A DNA stretch of 14,657 nucleotides from Candidatus Micrarchaeota archaeon (GTDB taxonomy: Archaea > Micrarchaeota > Micrarchaeia > Anstonellales > Bilamarchaeaceae), in assembly GCA_018304385.1 (NCBI GenBank), contig JAGVWJ010000049.1:1-14657 (forward strand), written 5' to 3'. Shown here one piece after another: positions 14,150-14,657 of the stretch; the stretch's first letter is position 1; each line of letters opens with the position of its first letter. The translations under genes were made by a program, and so were the position numbers. The notes under the pieces are model-generated. The model was given only the letters and a program-made list of their open reading frames with translations. It was not told the DNA's origin and searched no databases.

Positions 14150-14657
14150 TCAATCAACCAACTGAAAACGAAACCCATTTTTTAATGAAATTTTTTTCTC
14201 AAAGAATGCCCTGCCAATTATCACGCCATCTATGCCAGACTTCTTAAGTTCCATGATATCAAATACATCACGTATGCCACCGGCAGCAATTATACTGGCT
14301 TTGCATTTTCTTTTTACTTTGGTAAGAAGTTCTATATTTGGGCCACCAAATGTACCGTCCCTTTCAGTATCTGTTACTATTATTTCTTCTAAACCATCTG
14401 TAAAGCTAGCCAGTTCAATATCTGATCCTCTAGTCCAACCAGCATAACCAATTTTCCCGTTTTTAAAATCTAAGGAACCAATTATTCTTCCGCGATATTG
14501 TTTTTTTATTTTATCAGCAAGTTCTGGGAATCTTATAAGCAGCGTACTTAGAACAACTTTTTTTACTCCAGAACTAAGCAAATCCTTAATTCTTTGTTCA
14601 TCACGTATGCCGCCACCTACCTGAATAGGAAATTGCTTTGCAAGCTGCTTGATTATT
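14150..14657 (-). CDS. hisA: ProFAR isomerase HisA, 5' end outside the window
   Basis: The frame stays open past the ORF-track start to the window edge ([19 protein letters not shown]...). Also [32 protein letters not shown]. Confidence 0.93.
   Translation of the reverse strand, partial: IIKQLAKQFPIQVGGGIRDEQRIKDLLSSGVKKVVLSTLLIRFPELADKIKKQYRGRIIGSLDFKNGKIGYAGWTRGSDIELASFTDGLEEIIVTDTERDGTFGGPNIELLTKVKRKCKASIIAAGGIRDVFDIMELKKSGIDGVIIGRAFFEKKISLKNGFRFQLVD

Noticed and set aside
491-14447. Antisense or alternate-frame ORFs in the track (e.g. 491-688, 1545-1913, 3878-4213, 6703-7230, 10155-10538, 12128-12754, 13763-14032)
   Set aside because: All are shadows of well-supported genes, with Ser/Ile/Phe-rich composition typical of reverse-complement frames.
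14150-14581. hisA as a truncated 143-aa pseudogene
   Set aside because: The frame is open to the window edge and contains QVGGGIR; the truncation is only a window effect.

Overview
This is an archaeal chromosomal window. It has an archaeal-type TIM, Nop5, a KaiC/RAD55-type ATPase, TATA boxes about 25-30 nt before leaderless starts, and GGTGA ribosome-binding sites. The short Nop5, compact gene packing and intron-riddled tRNAs suggest a DPANN (Micrarchaeota-like) genome; that placement is inference. About 17 protein genes are supported: a PEP/pyruvate-binding (PPDK_N) domain protein missed by the ORF track, a Zn-protease-like lipoprotein, tpiA, a GAF-GGDEF protein, a GNAT, a metallophosphoesterase, Nop5, a conserved hypothetical, a KaiC-like ATPase, an M24 peptidase, a degenerate HisA-like protein, a CPA2 antiporter, a second lipoprotein and hisS-hisIE-hisF-hisA. 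The most unusual content is non-coding. Three tRNA genes carry five introns, four of them at non-canonical sites. The GC-rich block at 2662-2957 is a 296-nt tRNA-Ser(UGA) gene with a 60-nt 37/38 intron and a 154-nt T-loop (59/60) intron. That long intron holds several internal copies of the 3' splice-site motif and may be an array of tandem introns at one position, spliced stepwise (hypothesis). Beside it is a GGDEF (diguanylate-cyclase-like) gene, a family rare in archaea, with an expanded GGGADEF signature. All pairings were worked out by hand; no folding or database search was run.
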